The notes under the pieces were generated by a model. That model saw nothing but the letters and a program-made list of their open reading frames with translations, had not been told where the DNA came from and searched no databases. This document shows, piece by piece, positions 37,284-44,876 of a DNA stretch of 64,000 bases. Origin of the DNA: Parcubacteria group bacterium. GTDB taxonomy: Bacteria > Patescibacteriota > Minisyncoccia > Phycocordibacterales > UBA2100. The stretch's first letter is position 1. Every line of letters begins with the position of its first letter. Location: NCBI GenBank assembly GCA_943358385.1, contig CALRGX010000005.1, positions 2,886 through 66,885 on the forward strand, read 5' to 3'. A program made the position numbers and the translations under genes.

Positions 37284-37367
37284 TTATTTACAGCAATTAG
37301 AACCACAATTTGAACAAGCACACTTCTCACATTTACATGTGATACAAGAGCATTTTGTATTTTTCAT
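37284..37367 (-). CDS. 27-aa Cys-rich peptide (MKNTKCSCITCKCEKCACSNCGSNCCK), candidate metallothionein/Cu-binding peptide; first gene of csoR operon
   Basis: I translated the minus strand by hand. It gives 9 Cys in 27 aa, in CxC and CC motifs. The stop TAA lies 2 nt before the csoR ATG. The ORF is below the size cutoff of the ORF track. Confidence 0.5.
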   Translation of the reverse strand: MKNTKCSCITCKCEKCACSNCGSNCCK

Positions 37368-37421
37368 AATAATAGAGATATTGTAGTGGGTTATGGTAAT
37401 GGACTAGAATATCTTGTATAT

Positions 37422-37450
37422 ATTATATACCCTATGGGGGTATATTGCAA
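37422..37450 (-). promoter_or_regulatory. Promoter of the Cys-peptide/csoR operon with CsoR-like operator in the spacer
   Basis: On the minus strand the promoter reads TTGCAA - 17 bp - TATAAT. The spacer contains the GC-rich pseudo-palindrome ATACCCTATGGGGGTAT (37427-37443), which resembles known CsoR operators (TACCC...GGGGGTA type). Confidence 0.55.
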
Positions 37451-37652
37451 CTAGTCTATAAGCGTTAATTCTTTATCTTTATACACGATCTTGCTCCGCA
37501 GATTTGCTAATAGCTCTCGCTTCTCTGTGACCGCACCCTCTTTCAGAATGTATTTTGCATAATTTCGTATATCAGTATCAGGTGCTTATTTCTCTAGGTG
37601 TCTCATTTGTCTCATTTTCATCTAAAACCCTTTGTTTTATTACTGGGAGATA

Positions 37653-37667
37653 GCGACTCACTTGCCT
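37653..37667. repeat. Right copy of direct repeat (GCGACTCACTTGCCT) bounding the AT-rich islet
   Basis: It matches the left-flank segments at 35323-35335 and 35347-35355. Confidence 0.45.
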
Positions 37668-37827
37668 CAATGAGACACTCTAAAAAGTGCTATAATACAC
37701 TTACAAGGCCTCAAGTCGTGGGTACTTAACTCACATGGCCCGCAAAAATAAAGAGACAGAAGCGAAAGCTTCTGGCGATTATATTTTTGTAGGAAGGGTG
37801 AAAGATTCGAAGGCCGGAGGCGGGGGT

Positions 37828-37960
37828 CCCCAAAAGCTTTTGGGGCGCCGAGGCAGGGTCGTGGAATTTTCAAGTGCGACGGCACTTGAAAATATCCCTG
37901 ACCGAATCCCGGTCAAAAGTCTGCATCTACTGATACAGCTTTCGACCCTGCCTCGCGCCG
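37828..37960 (+). other. Highly structured ~130-nt element (candidate ncRNA or MITE-like repeat)
   Basis: A perfect 18-bp palindrome CCCCAAAAGCTTTTGGGG lies at 37828-37845. A 13-bp long-range stem pairs CGAGGCAGGGTCG (37849-61) with CGACCCTGCCTCG (37943-55). Inside it are the hairpins TTTTCAAGTGC-gacg-GCACTTGAAAA and GACCG-aatcc-CGGTC. Confidence 0.4.
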
Positions 37961-38381
37961 ACGCGCTCCGGCCTTGCGAAGCTGCGCACGGCTCGCTTCT
38001 CACCCCTCCGCTTTGTTCAAGAGAAAGCTTCAAGATAAAGAGAGAAGTTCGCCGCCTTCGCATGTATACTTTCAGTATGTGGATTCACCAGCGCTCGCTG
38101 CTCATCGGTGCTGCCTTCGCACTTCCATTTTTCGCTGCAAATGTGCTGGTAGCTTTGCAGGCAAAACTATTCCTTTGGCTCCTGCGCCCCCTGGGGCATA
38201 CCACGCTGGATGAAGAAATCGCCCAGCCCCCAGCCGATAAGGGCAATAAAAGCACACAGAACACCCCACGAAAGTGACATGGGGGAAGTGTAGCATCGCT
38301 GCCACAGACAGCTCGGCAGTATGTACATTGCGTTCACGTGTGTGCTAATGTAATTCGGGTTTAGCTACAGGAGAGTGCTAC

Positions 38382-38801
38382 GTGCAGCAACTTGAAGTAA
38401 CGGATCGTTCCCCGGGCGCACAAATACAGGCGGTCCTCATCCAGGTGAGTGACCAGGTGGCGCACAGCAGTGCTATGCGCTGGCTTTGCCGTGTCGTGTC
38501 TCTCGTCCCCGGAGGAATACAAACCTTCAGTGTCGTCCTCATTATCATCGCTGGCCTCGTGCCAATGGTGCTGATGGGTGTTGCGGTAGCCGTGGCAGAA
38601 AAGCTCTGCGCGCGCCGCGTAGGGTTGCTGCCCGCGCAGTATATCGGGGCGACCTGCTATCTGCTCACCCTCTTAGGGGCTGCAGTGTTCAGCAACATAG
38701 CGCTCGTACTCTTTGCACTCACCACGCTCTTTTTGATAACGGGCTGGTTCATCAGTGCGGTACCTGCAGCATCAGTGAGTAAAAAGGAAACCGCGGAATA
38801 G
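38382..38801 (+). CDS. Small hypothetical membrane protein
   Basis: It has three hydrophobic helices and no recognisable domain. A terminator follows. Confidence 0.4.
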   Translation: MQQLEVTDRSPGAQIQAVLIQVSDQVAHSSAMRWLCRVVSLVPGGIQTFSVVLIIIAGLVPMVLMGVAVAVAEKLCARRVGLLPAQYIGATCYLLTLLGAAVFSNIALVLFALTTLFLITGWFISAVPAASVSKKETAE

Positions 38802-38816
38802 TCACCGCCGTATGGC

Positions 38817-38847
38817 GAAACCACTTCAGAGAAGTGGTTTCTTCTTT
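38817..38847 (+). terminator. Rho-independent terminator
   Basis: GAAACCACTTC-aga-GAAGTGGTTTC is followed by TTCTTT. Confidence 0.7.
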
Positions 38848-38885
38848 AATGGAAATATATCTGAAGTACGTGGTATCATAAAAAT

Positions 38886-39278
38886 ATGAACGACGAGCAG
38901 TGGAAAGAAAAACTCACGGACGAGCAATTCGAGGTCATGCGCCAAAAAGGGACCGAGCTGCCTTTCACGGGAGACTACTGGGACACCAAAACGCCTGGCA
39001 AGTATCGCTGTGCTGGTTGCGGTGCTGAATTGTTTGATTCTGATACGAAATTTAATTCCGGGACTGGTTGGCCTTCCTTTGCAGAGGCCAAAGAGGGCGC
39101 TGTTCGTTTTGAAAAAGATGCCAGCCTTGGCTTGGAGCGAACGGAAGTGGTGTGTGCGCAGTGTGGTGGGCACCTTGGGCACGTTTTTGAAGACGGACCT
39201 GAAATGGTGAATGGGAAGGAAACCGCTGGCAAGCGCTATTGCATTAACTCCTGTGCCTTGAATCTTGAGGAAAAATAA
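38886..39278 (+). CDS. msrB: Peptide-methionine (R)-S-oxide reductase MsrB
   Basis: YRCAGCGAELFDSDTKFNSGTGWPSF...CAQCGGHLGHVF carries the SelR CxxC pairs and the catalytic Cys. Confidence 0.8.
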   Translation: MNDEQWKEKLTDEQFEVMRQKGTELPFTGDYWDTKTPGKYRCAGCGAELFDSDTKFNSGTGWPSFAEAKEGAVRFEKDASLGLERTEVVCAQCGGHLGHVFEDGPEMVNGKETAGKRYCINSCALNLEEK

Positions 39279-39380
39279 GTACCGCTCTCCACTGCTGAAT
39301 ACCGTGTTATGCACTACACCCGCTTGCGGGCTCTAGGTGGGGCAGGCACAATGAGGCTACTTAGCAATTTATAAAACCCT

Positions 39381-39791
39381 ATGTTTGAAGTAAATCTATT
39401 GGCAGTTCTTGTGGCAGCAGTCGTCAACATGGCGATTGGCATGGCCTGGTACAACCCGAAAGTATTTGGTACGTCGTGGATGAAGATGGTAGGCCTAACT
39501 CCTGAGCTCGGCGAGATGGGCAAGAAGAAAATGCCACTCCATGCGTTCTTTGGTTTGCTCGCAGCATTTGTGATGGCATACGTCCTTAACCACTTTGGTA
39601 TCGCATGGGGAGTGTTCGATTGGATCGGTGCTGTCGAACTTGCCTTCTGGGTCTGGCTCGGCTTCTTGGTACCAGTTCTTCTTTGGCCTGCACTCTGGGA
39701 GATGAAGCCATGGAAATTGGTGGTCATCAACGCCAGCTATTGGCTGGTTGCCTTGATTGCAACATCATCAGTGTTGATGTTTTTTGCGTAA
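39381..39791 (+). CDS. DUF1761-family membrane protein
   Basis: It has four TM helices, and MAIGMAWYNPKVFGTSWMKM is DUF1761-like. Confidence 0.5.
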   Translation: MFEVNLLAVLVAAVVNMAIGMAWYNPKVFGTSWMKMVGLTPELGEMGKKKMPLHAFFGLLAAFVMAYVLNHFGIAWGVFDWIGAVELAFWVWLGFLVPVLLWPALWEMKPWKLVVINASYWLVALIATSSVLMFFA

Positions 39792-39807
39792 CAAGACCAG
39801 TAATCAT

Positions 39808-39838
39808 GAAAACGGCCGCGCGACGCGCGGCCGTTTTC
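39808..39838 (+). terminator. Rho-independent terminator
   Basis: GAAAACGGCCGCGCG-ac-GCGCGGCCGTTTTC. Confidence 0.75.
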
Positions 39839-39866
39839 ATATACCACCGTATGCTATCCTTTCCGT

Positions 39867-40334
39867 ATGGTTTTCAATGCGCGCGCAGCAGTGTACGGCT
39901 TTATCGCACTGCTCTCTATTATCGGCATCGGCATAGCATTTTCATCCATGGGCGGATACTACGAACATGCGTCACAGACTCCCTACGAACGATTAATCAC
40001 GGTAGGCGGCACGCCATTTAAGGTGGATGTTGCCGATACGCCAGCCGAGCGAGAGCGTGGGCTTTCCAATACGCCACCGCAACCACCGCGCGCCATGTTG
40101 TTTATTTTCGATTATGACGAACAGTGGGGTATATGGATGAAGGACATGAACTATCCTATAGATGTGCTCTGGATTACCGCTGATTTGCAGGTGGTTCAGA
40201 TAGAGCCTAATATGCATCCCGCATCGTTTCCACGCGTGTATCGAGCCAGCATTCCCGTGCGCTACGTGCTAGAGCTCCCAGGAGGGACCATCGAGGCATA
40301 CAATCTTGCCGTAGGTAATCAAGTAGTGCTCTAA
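39867..40334 (+). CDS. DUF192-family protein (COG1430)
   Basis: It has a TM anchor, and RGLSNTPP...MLFIFDYDEQWGIWMKDMNYPIDVLWI...YVLELPGG matches the DUF192 core. Confidence 0.55.
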   Translation: MVFNARAAVYGFIALLSIIGIGIAFSSMGGYYEHASQTPYERLITVGGTPFKVDVADTPAERERGLSNTPPQPPRAMLFIFDYDEQWGIWMKDMNYPIDVLWITADLQVVQIEPNMHPASFPRVYRASIPVRYVLELPGGTIEAYNLAVGNQVVL

Positions 40335-40360
40335 AAGGGGCGCATGATAAACTGCGCCCG

Positions 40361-40771
40361 ATGAAGCGAGTCCTCATAACTGGCGGAGCGGGCTTTATAG
40401 GGCACCACGTCGTGGACTACCTCCTCGAGAGAACCGATTGGCAGCTGGTTTTGCTGGATCGCCTCGACACCTCGGGTGATTTGAATCGCCTCACCCATCT
40501 TCCCATCTGGCCGGCTCAGAAAGCACGCGTCACTTTCGTACATCACGATTTGAAAGCTCCATTCAACGAAGCGATATGTGCGCGCCTCGGGAGTATCGAC
40601 TACATCTTTCATTTGGCCGCATCGACGCACGTTGATCGAAGTATCAGTGACCCCATGCTTTTTGTGGGCGATAACGTCGTAGGAACGGGGCACTTGTTGG
40701 AATACGCACGCACACTACCCGCGCTTTCACTGTACTCTTTTGTGTCGCATCCGTGTATACATTTTATATAG
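40361..40771 (+). pseudogene. Truncated NAD-dependent epimerase/dehydratase (RfbB/GalE-like) N-terminal fragment
   Basis: MKRVLITGGAGFIGHHVVDYLL is the Rossmann GxxGxxG motif, and DYIFHLAASTHVDRS is present. The ORF stops after 136 aa, whereas full-length enzymes are about 310-350 aa. Confidence 0.55.
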
Positions 40772-40959
40772 GCTATCGCCTAGCGCAAAAACACAAAAGT
40801 ACTTTCTCAAAAGAGAAGATTGCATAGGTCAAAAAGTGCTGCAAATGCACTCATTTTGAGTGAACGTATTTACAGTGTCCTCTGCTTGTTTCGTGCGCAT
40901 TATCCACAGGGGACTACACCCCATGAGGAGTACAATGAATTCATTACAAGCATCAGTAC

Positions 40960-43329
40960 GTGCGCATGACCACTGCAATAAAAAACGCGGGTAAAAAATC
41001 TGCCCCTTCGGAAGCCCCGAAGGCAACTCACAAAGTTGTCGACTCGGCTGCTATCAAAGTTTACAAAAAGTATCTTCCTAAAATCCAGAAGCGTGATGGT
41101 CGCATCATGCCGTTCGAGTTTGACAAGATAGTGACTGTTATCGAGAAGGCAATGGAAGCAACCGGCGAAGGTTCATTTGAAGAGGCGGTCGTGGTTGCCC
41201 ACAAGGTGGCGAGCGAAATGATGACCATTGCGAGGAAGTACAAGAACTTCCTCCCTACGGTGGAGGGGTGCCAGGACGAAGTTGAACGCCAACTGATGCT
41301 TGCAGACTATGTCGCGCCTTCAAAGGCGTACATTCTCTATCGTGCTGATCGCGCCAAAATGCGCGCGCTCCAAGGTGATGTGCCGCCACACGTAAAAAAG
41401 CTTGCTGACGAAAGCAAGAAGTACTTTGAAGGAAATCCGCTGGGTGAATTTGTGTATTTGCGCACCTACGCACGCTGGATCGAGGCTGAACAGCGCCGCG
41501 AGACGTGGATTGAGACGGTAGAGCGCTACATCGGTTTCATGAAGGAGAACTTGGGCAACAAACTCACAGAAAAAGAGTATGCCATGGTACGTGAATCAAT
41601 CCTGAAACAAGAGGTGATGCCGAGTATGCGTGCGATGCAGTTCTCGGGCCCCGCTGCGCGTCGCTGTCATGCAGTGGTGTACAACTGCTCGTTTATTGCA
41701 CCGACGAAGCTCGAAGATTTCGCTGAAATCATGTATCTCTCGATGAGTGGCTGTGGAGTGGGATACAGTGTTGAGCACGAAAATGTTGAACAGCTTCCAC
41801 AAATTCAGAAGCAGACGGGCGCGAAATTGGCAACATACGTTGTTGAAGACTCAAAAGAAGGATGGGGCAACGCACTCACGCATGGGCTGAAAGCGTGGTA
41901 TGCAGGCAAAGACGTGGAATTCGACTTCTCTCAGTTGCGCCCACTCGGTGCTCGTCTAAAGACGATGGGCGGCAAATCCTCAGGCCCTGATCCTTTGCGT
42001 TCACTCCTTTCATTCGCGCGCGAACGATTGATGGTGCGCCAAGGAAGACGCCTACGCACGATTGATGTACACGACATGATCTGCAAGATTGGCGAATGTG
42101 TGGTTGCTGGCGGTACACGCCGCTCAGCTATGATTTCGCTTTCTGATTTGGACGACGAGCTGGTGCGTGATGCTAAAGCTGGCCAATTCTGGATGACTGA
42201 CCCACACCGAGCGATGGCAAACAACTCGGCGGTCTACGAAACAAAGCCGACCAACGAAGAATTCATGGATGAGTGGGCGTCTCTCATGAAAGCAAAGACG
42301 GGTGAGCGCGGTATTTTCAACCGCACAGCACTCGAGACCACCATGCCTAAGCGTCGTTTGGATTACCTGAAGAAAAAGAACGGTGGCCGTCTGCCTCTGA
42401 TCGGTACGAATCCTTGCGGCGAAATCACTCTCCAGAGTAAGCAGTTCTGCAACCTCTCCGAAGTGATTGCGCGCGCGAATGACACCGAAGAAACGCTGGT
42501 GCAGAAGGCAAAGGTGGCAGCACTATTGGGCACCTTCCAGTCGTCCTTGACGAAATTCAGCTACCTCTCGAAAGAGTGGACTGAAAACTGTGAAGCAGAG
42601 CGCCTTTTGGGTGTGTCGGTCACGGGCCAGTGGGATTCTCCTGCGTTCCGCAACGAGAAAACAATGCGCAAAATGCGTGATGCAGCGGTCAAAGAGAATG
42701 AAAAGTATGCAAAGCGCTTTGGTATCAATCCGTCCAAATCGGTTACCTGTGTGAAGCCTTCCGGAACGGTGTCGAAGACCTTCGACAACGCCTCAGGCAT
42801 GCATGCGCGATTTGCGCCGTACTACATCCAGCGCATTCGCATCTCATCAACGGACTCGCTCTTCAAAATGGTGCGCGATCAGGGCGTGCCGTATCACCCA
42901 GAAGTAGGGCAGCAGATGGAAACAGCGAACACCTATGTATTGGAGTTCCCGGTAAAGGCGCCAAAAAACGCAGTGTACAAGAACGACCAGACCGCGCTTG
43001 AGCAGCTTGAATACTGGAAGATGGTCAAGCTCAACTTCACTGAGCACAATCCTTCCGTCACCATTTCAGTAGGAGACAACGAATGGATTGCGGTGGCGAA
43101 CTGGCTCTACGAAAATTGGGACATCATCGGTGGACTTTCATTCCTTCCACGCTCAGACCATGCGTATCGCTTGGCACCGATGGAAGAGTGCACTAAAGAG
43201 CAGTACGAAGAGCTCTTGAAGAAAGTGGCTCACATCGACTACTCGAAAATCATTCTCTACGAAAAACGAGATGAGACTGAGCAGAAGAAGGAGTTGGCGT
43301 GTGCAGGAGGAGTATGCGAAATCGTTTAA
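40960..43329 (+). CDS. nrdJ: Ribonucleotide reductase class II (adenosylcobalamin-dependent), with N-terminal ATP-cone
   Basis: NPCGEI is the active-site thiyl Cys context. The N-terminus KRDGRIMPFEFDKIVTVIEKAM is an ATP-cone. The length is 789 aa. Confidence 0.8.
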   Translation: MRMTTAIKNAGKKSAPSEAPKATHKVVDSAAIKVYKKYLPKIQKRDGRIMPFEFDKIVTVIEKAMEATGEGSFEEAVVVAHKVASEMMTIARKYKNFLPTVEGCQDEVERQLMLADYVAPSKAYILYRADRAKMRALQGDVPPHVKKLADESKKYFEGNPLGEFVYLRTYARWIEAEQRRETWIETVERYIGFMKENLGNKLTEKEYAMVRESILKQEVMPSMRAMQFSGPAARRCHAVVYNCSFIAPTKLEDFAEIMYLSMSGCGVGYSVEHENVEQLPQIQKQTGAKLATYVVEDSKEGWGNALTHGLKAWYAGKDVEFDFSQLRPLGARLKTMGGKSSGPDPLRSLLSFARERLMVRQGRRLRTIDVHDMICKIGECVVAGGTRRSAMISLSDLDDELVRDAKAGQFWMTDPHRAMANNSAVYETKPTNEEFMDEWASLMKAKTGERGIFNRTALETTMPKRRLDYLKKKNGGRLPLIGTNPCGEITLQSKQFCNLSEVIARANDTEETLVQKAKVAALLGTFQSSLTKFSYLSKEWTENCEAERLLGVSVTGQWDSPAFRNEKTMRKMRDAAVKENEKYAKRFGINPSKSVTCVKPSGTVSKTFDNASGMHARFAPYYIQRIRISSTDSLFKMVRDQGVPYHPEVGQQMETANTYVLEFPVKAPKNAVYKNDQTALEQLEYWKMVKLNFTEHNPSVTISVGDNEWIAVANWLYENWDIIGGLSFLPRSDHAYRLAPMEECTKEQYEELLKKVAHIDYSKIILYEKRDETEQKKELACAGGVCEIV

Positions 43330-43530
43330 GGAAAGTCTTATAAACGGCGGGTTGCGTCGTTGTGGGTCCCAGTAGTTTTCTCCGCCGTACCAGGCAGTAC
43401 GTCTATGAAAATTACTATCCCACGCCTAGCACTCCATCAGTTTTTAAAACTTTTATCGAGTCGGAAAACACCTGTCGGTATCTGCAGGTGTTTTCTGCGC
43501 AGGTGTGGATAGGGATGGTGGAAAAAGTTT

Positions 43531-43555
43531 CAGGCCGGCGCTATGCGCCGGCCTG
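43531..43555 (-). terminator. Terminator hairpin for the 43584..44039 gene
   Basis: CAGGCCGGCGC-tat-GCGCCGGCCTG. Additional hairpins lie at 43462-43496 and 43560-43577. Confidence 0.5.
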
Positions 43556-43583
43556 ATGCGTGTTGGGGATGCAACACGTCGAT

Positions 43584-44039
43584 TCACTGCTTCTTCGTCA
43601 GCTCTTCGAGCATAAAATCGAGTGCGCCGTCGAGCGCGTGCTCGTAGAGCTCTTGCCGTAGGGCAGGGAAGAGTGGATCCCGCACGATGGGGGCACGGAG
43701 GTGGATGACGGTCGCGTGCGTCAAGGTGCCGGTAATGCCAACATCCTTGAACACGTAGATGACCTCGTGCGCGTTGTGCTCGGTGTCGAACACATGTCCA
43801 CTTGCCTGCACGGTGAGCGTAGGTACGCCATGCTGGCCGATAGTCACCGATATCCACTCTGTGCAATCACCAGTCAGATCGACGTTTTCAGTAGTGCACG
43901 CCTTGATAATCGGTGCCGAGGGAGCCTTTGCCTTGATGAGTTGCATCATGGTGCCGATTCTCGGATCGGCCTCAGTAGCGGCGGCAGGTGTACCCCATAT
44001 GGCGCAAAGCAGTGCTGTAGCGATGAGTATTCGTATCAC
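43584..44039 (-). CDS. Secreted hypothetical protein
   Basis: The signal peptide is MIRILIATALLCAIWGTPAAA. No recognisable domain was found. Confidence 0.5.
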   Translation of the reverse strand: MIRILIATALLCAIWGTPAAATEADPRIGTMMQLIKAKAPSAPIIKACTTENVDLTGDCTEWISVTIGQHGVPTLTVQASGHVFDTEHNAHEVIYVFKDVGITGTLTHATVIHLRAPIVRDPLFPALRQELYEHALDGALDFMLEELTKKQ

Positions 44040-44140
44040 GTGTCAATCCTCCGGATTGGTTTGTACTGGGTTGGTACTGCTAGGATTATGCAACGAAATA
44101 ATAAAATTTGCAAGCATACCAGGAGTATGAAATACTGTGT

Positions 44141-44487
44141 GGGCTGCATCGGGTAGCTGCTATCAATGGCAACATCGATAGAGGAAAGTCCGGGCTCGGG
44201 CCGATAGAAATATCGCGCAGCAGGGTAATAGGTAACGCCTATCCATCGTAAGGTGAGAGGTGCGAGCAGAAACGCCCGCGGCGAAAGCCAGAGGCCCCGC
44301 AAGGGTGACGTCTGTGGAAACACAGATATGAAACGGCTAAATCCTTACCTCCGTGCAAGGTCGTGCCTGTCGCAAGACAGGAGTGCCGCTTGAGGGTGTT
44401 GGCGACAACACTCCCAGATGAATAGTTACACAGTCCTTCGCCTGAAAAGGCTCGGGATGGACAGAACCCGGCTTACAGGTGCAGCGC
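44141..44487 (+). ncRNA. rnpB: RNase P RNA, bacterial type A
   Basis: GGAAAGTCCGGGCTC is the P4 5' strand, GGTAACGCC is present, ACAGAACCCGGCTTA is the P4 3' strand, the P3 hairpin is TATCAATG-gcaa-CATCGATA, and P1 pairs GCTGCATC with GGTGCAGC. Confidence 0.85.
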
Positions 44488-44795
44488 AGTGAGTGAAAAG
44501 AGGCCCCGAATAGGGGTCTCTTTTCCGAATAAGCAATTCTGTATGCTCCGCATACAGATGCAGCGCAGCGAATAAAGAAGAGACCCGAACAGGGTCTTTT
44601 CTTTTGAGCAAGCAAAATCTGAAAGGTTTCCTTATAGGTGCAGCGAAATGAGCGAAGAAAAACCCCGAATAGGGGTTTTTCTTCCGAATGAGCAATCCTG
44701 TATGCTTTGCATATAGGTGCAGCGAACGAGTCAAAAGAGAACGCGAAAGCGTTCTCTTTTGCGAGAGAGCCAGAACTGTATCGACCCGTGCCCGC
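44477..44795 (+). repeat. Four tandem ~80-bp units, each = copy of rnpB P1-3' strand (GGTGCAGCG / GATGCAGCG) + hairpin with GAANA pentaloop + U-tract (+ second hairpin in units 1 and 3)
   Basis: Units start at 44477, 44556, 44636 and 44716. The stems are GGCCCC/GGGGTC, AGACCC/GGGTCT, AAACCCC/GGGGTTT and AGAACGC/GCGTTCT, so they covary. Units 1 and 3 also carry TGTATGC-nnn-GCATACA. Confidence 0.6.
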
Positions 44796-44876
44796 ATGCC
44801 CCTGTGTGTATACGATATGCATAGTTTTTCTTGTGCTAGAATTATTCCAATTATAGGAATCTTAAAAGCAGTTATC

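Noticed and set aside
37828-37960. Possible SRP RNA or 6S RNA identity for the structured element
   Set aside because: No match to the SRP domain IV consensus (GGAAGCAGCCAAGGCAG-type) or to 6S architecture by eye. Left as an unknown structured element.
37735-38277. 180-aa ORF MARKNKETEAKASGDYIFVGRVKDSK...
   Set aside because: It has low-complexity composition and no SD, and it spans a densely structured inverted-repeat element. More likely noncoding. The small minus-strand ORF MSLSWGVLCAFIALIGWGLGDFFIQRG... (38164..38279) was also noted but lacks an SD.
43339-43500. Possible riboswitch or structured leader downstream of nrdJ (ACGGCGG...CCGCCGT stem with 31-nt loop)
   Set aside because: It sits 3' of nrdJ and upstream of nothing on that strand. 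It is more simply a set of terminator hairpins. No riboswitch consensus was recognised.
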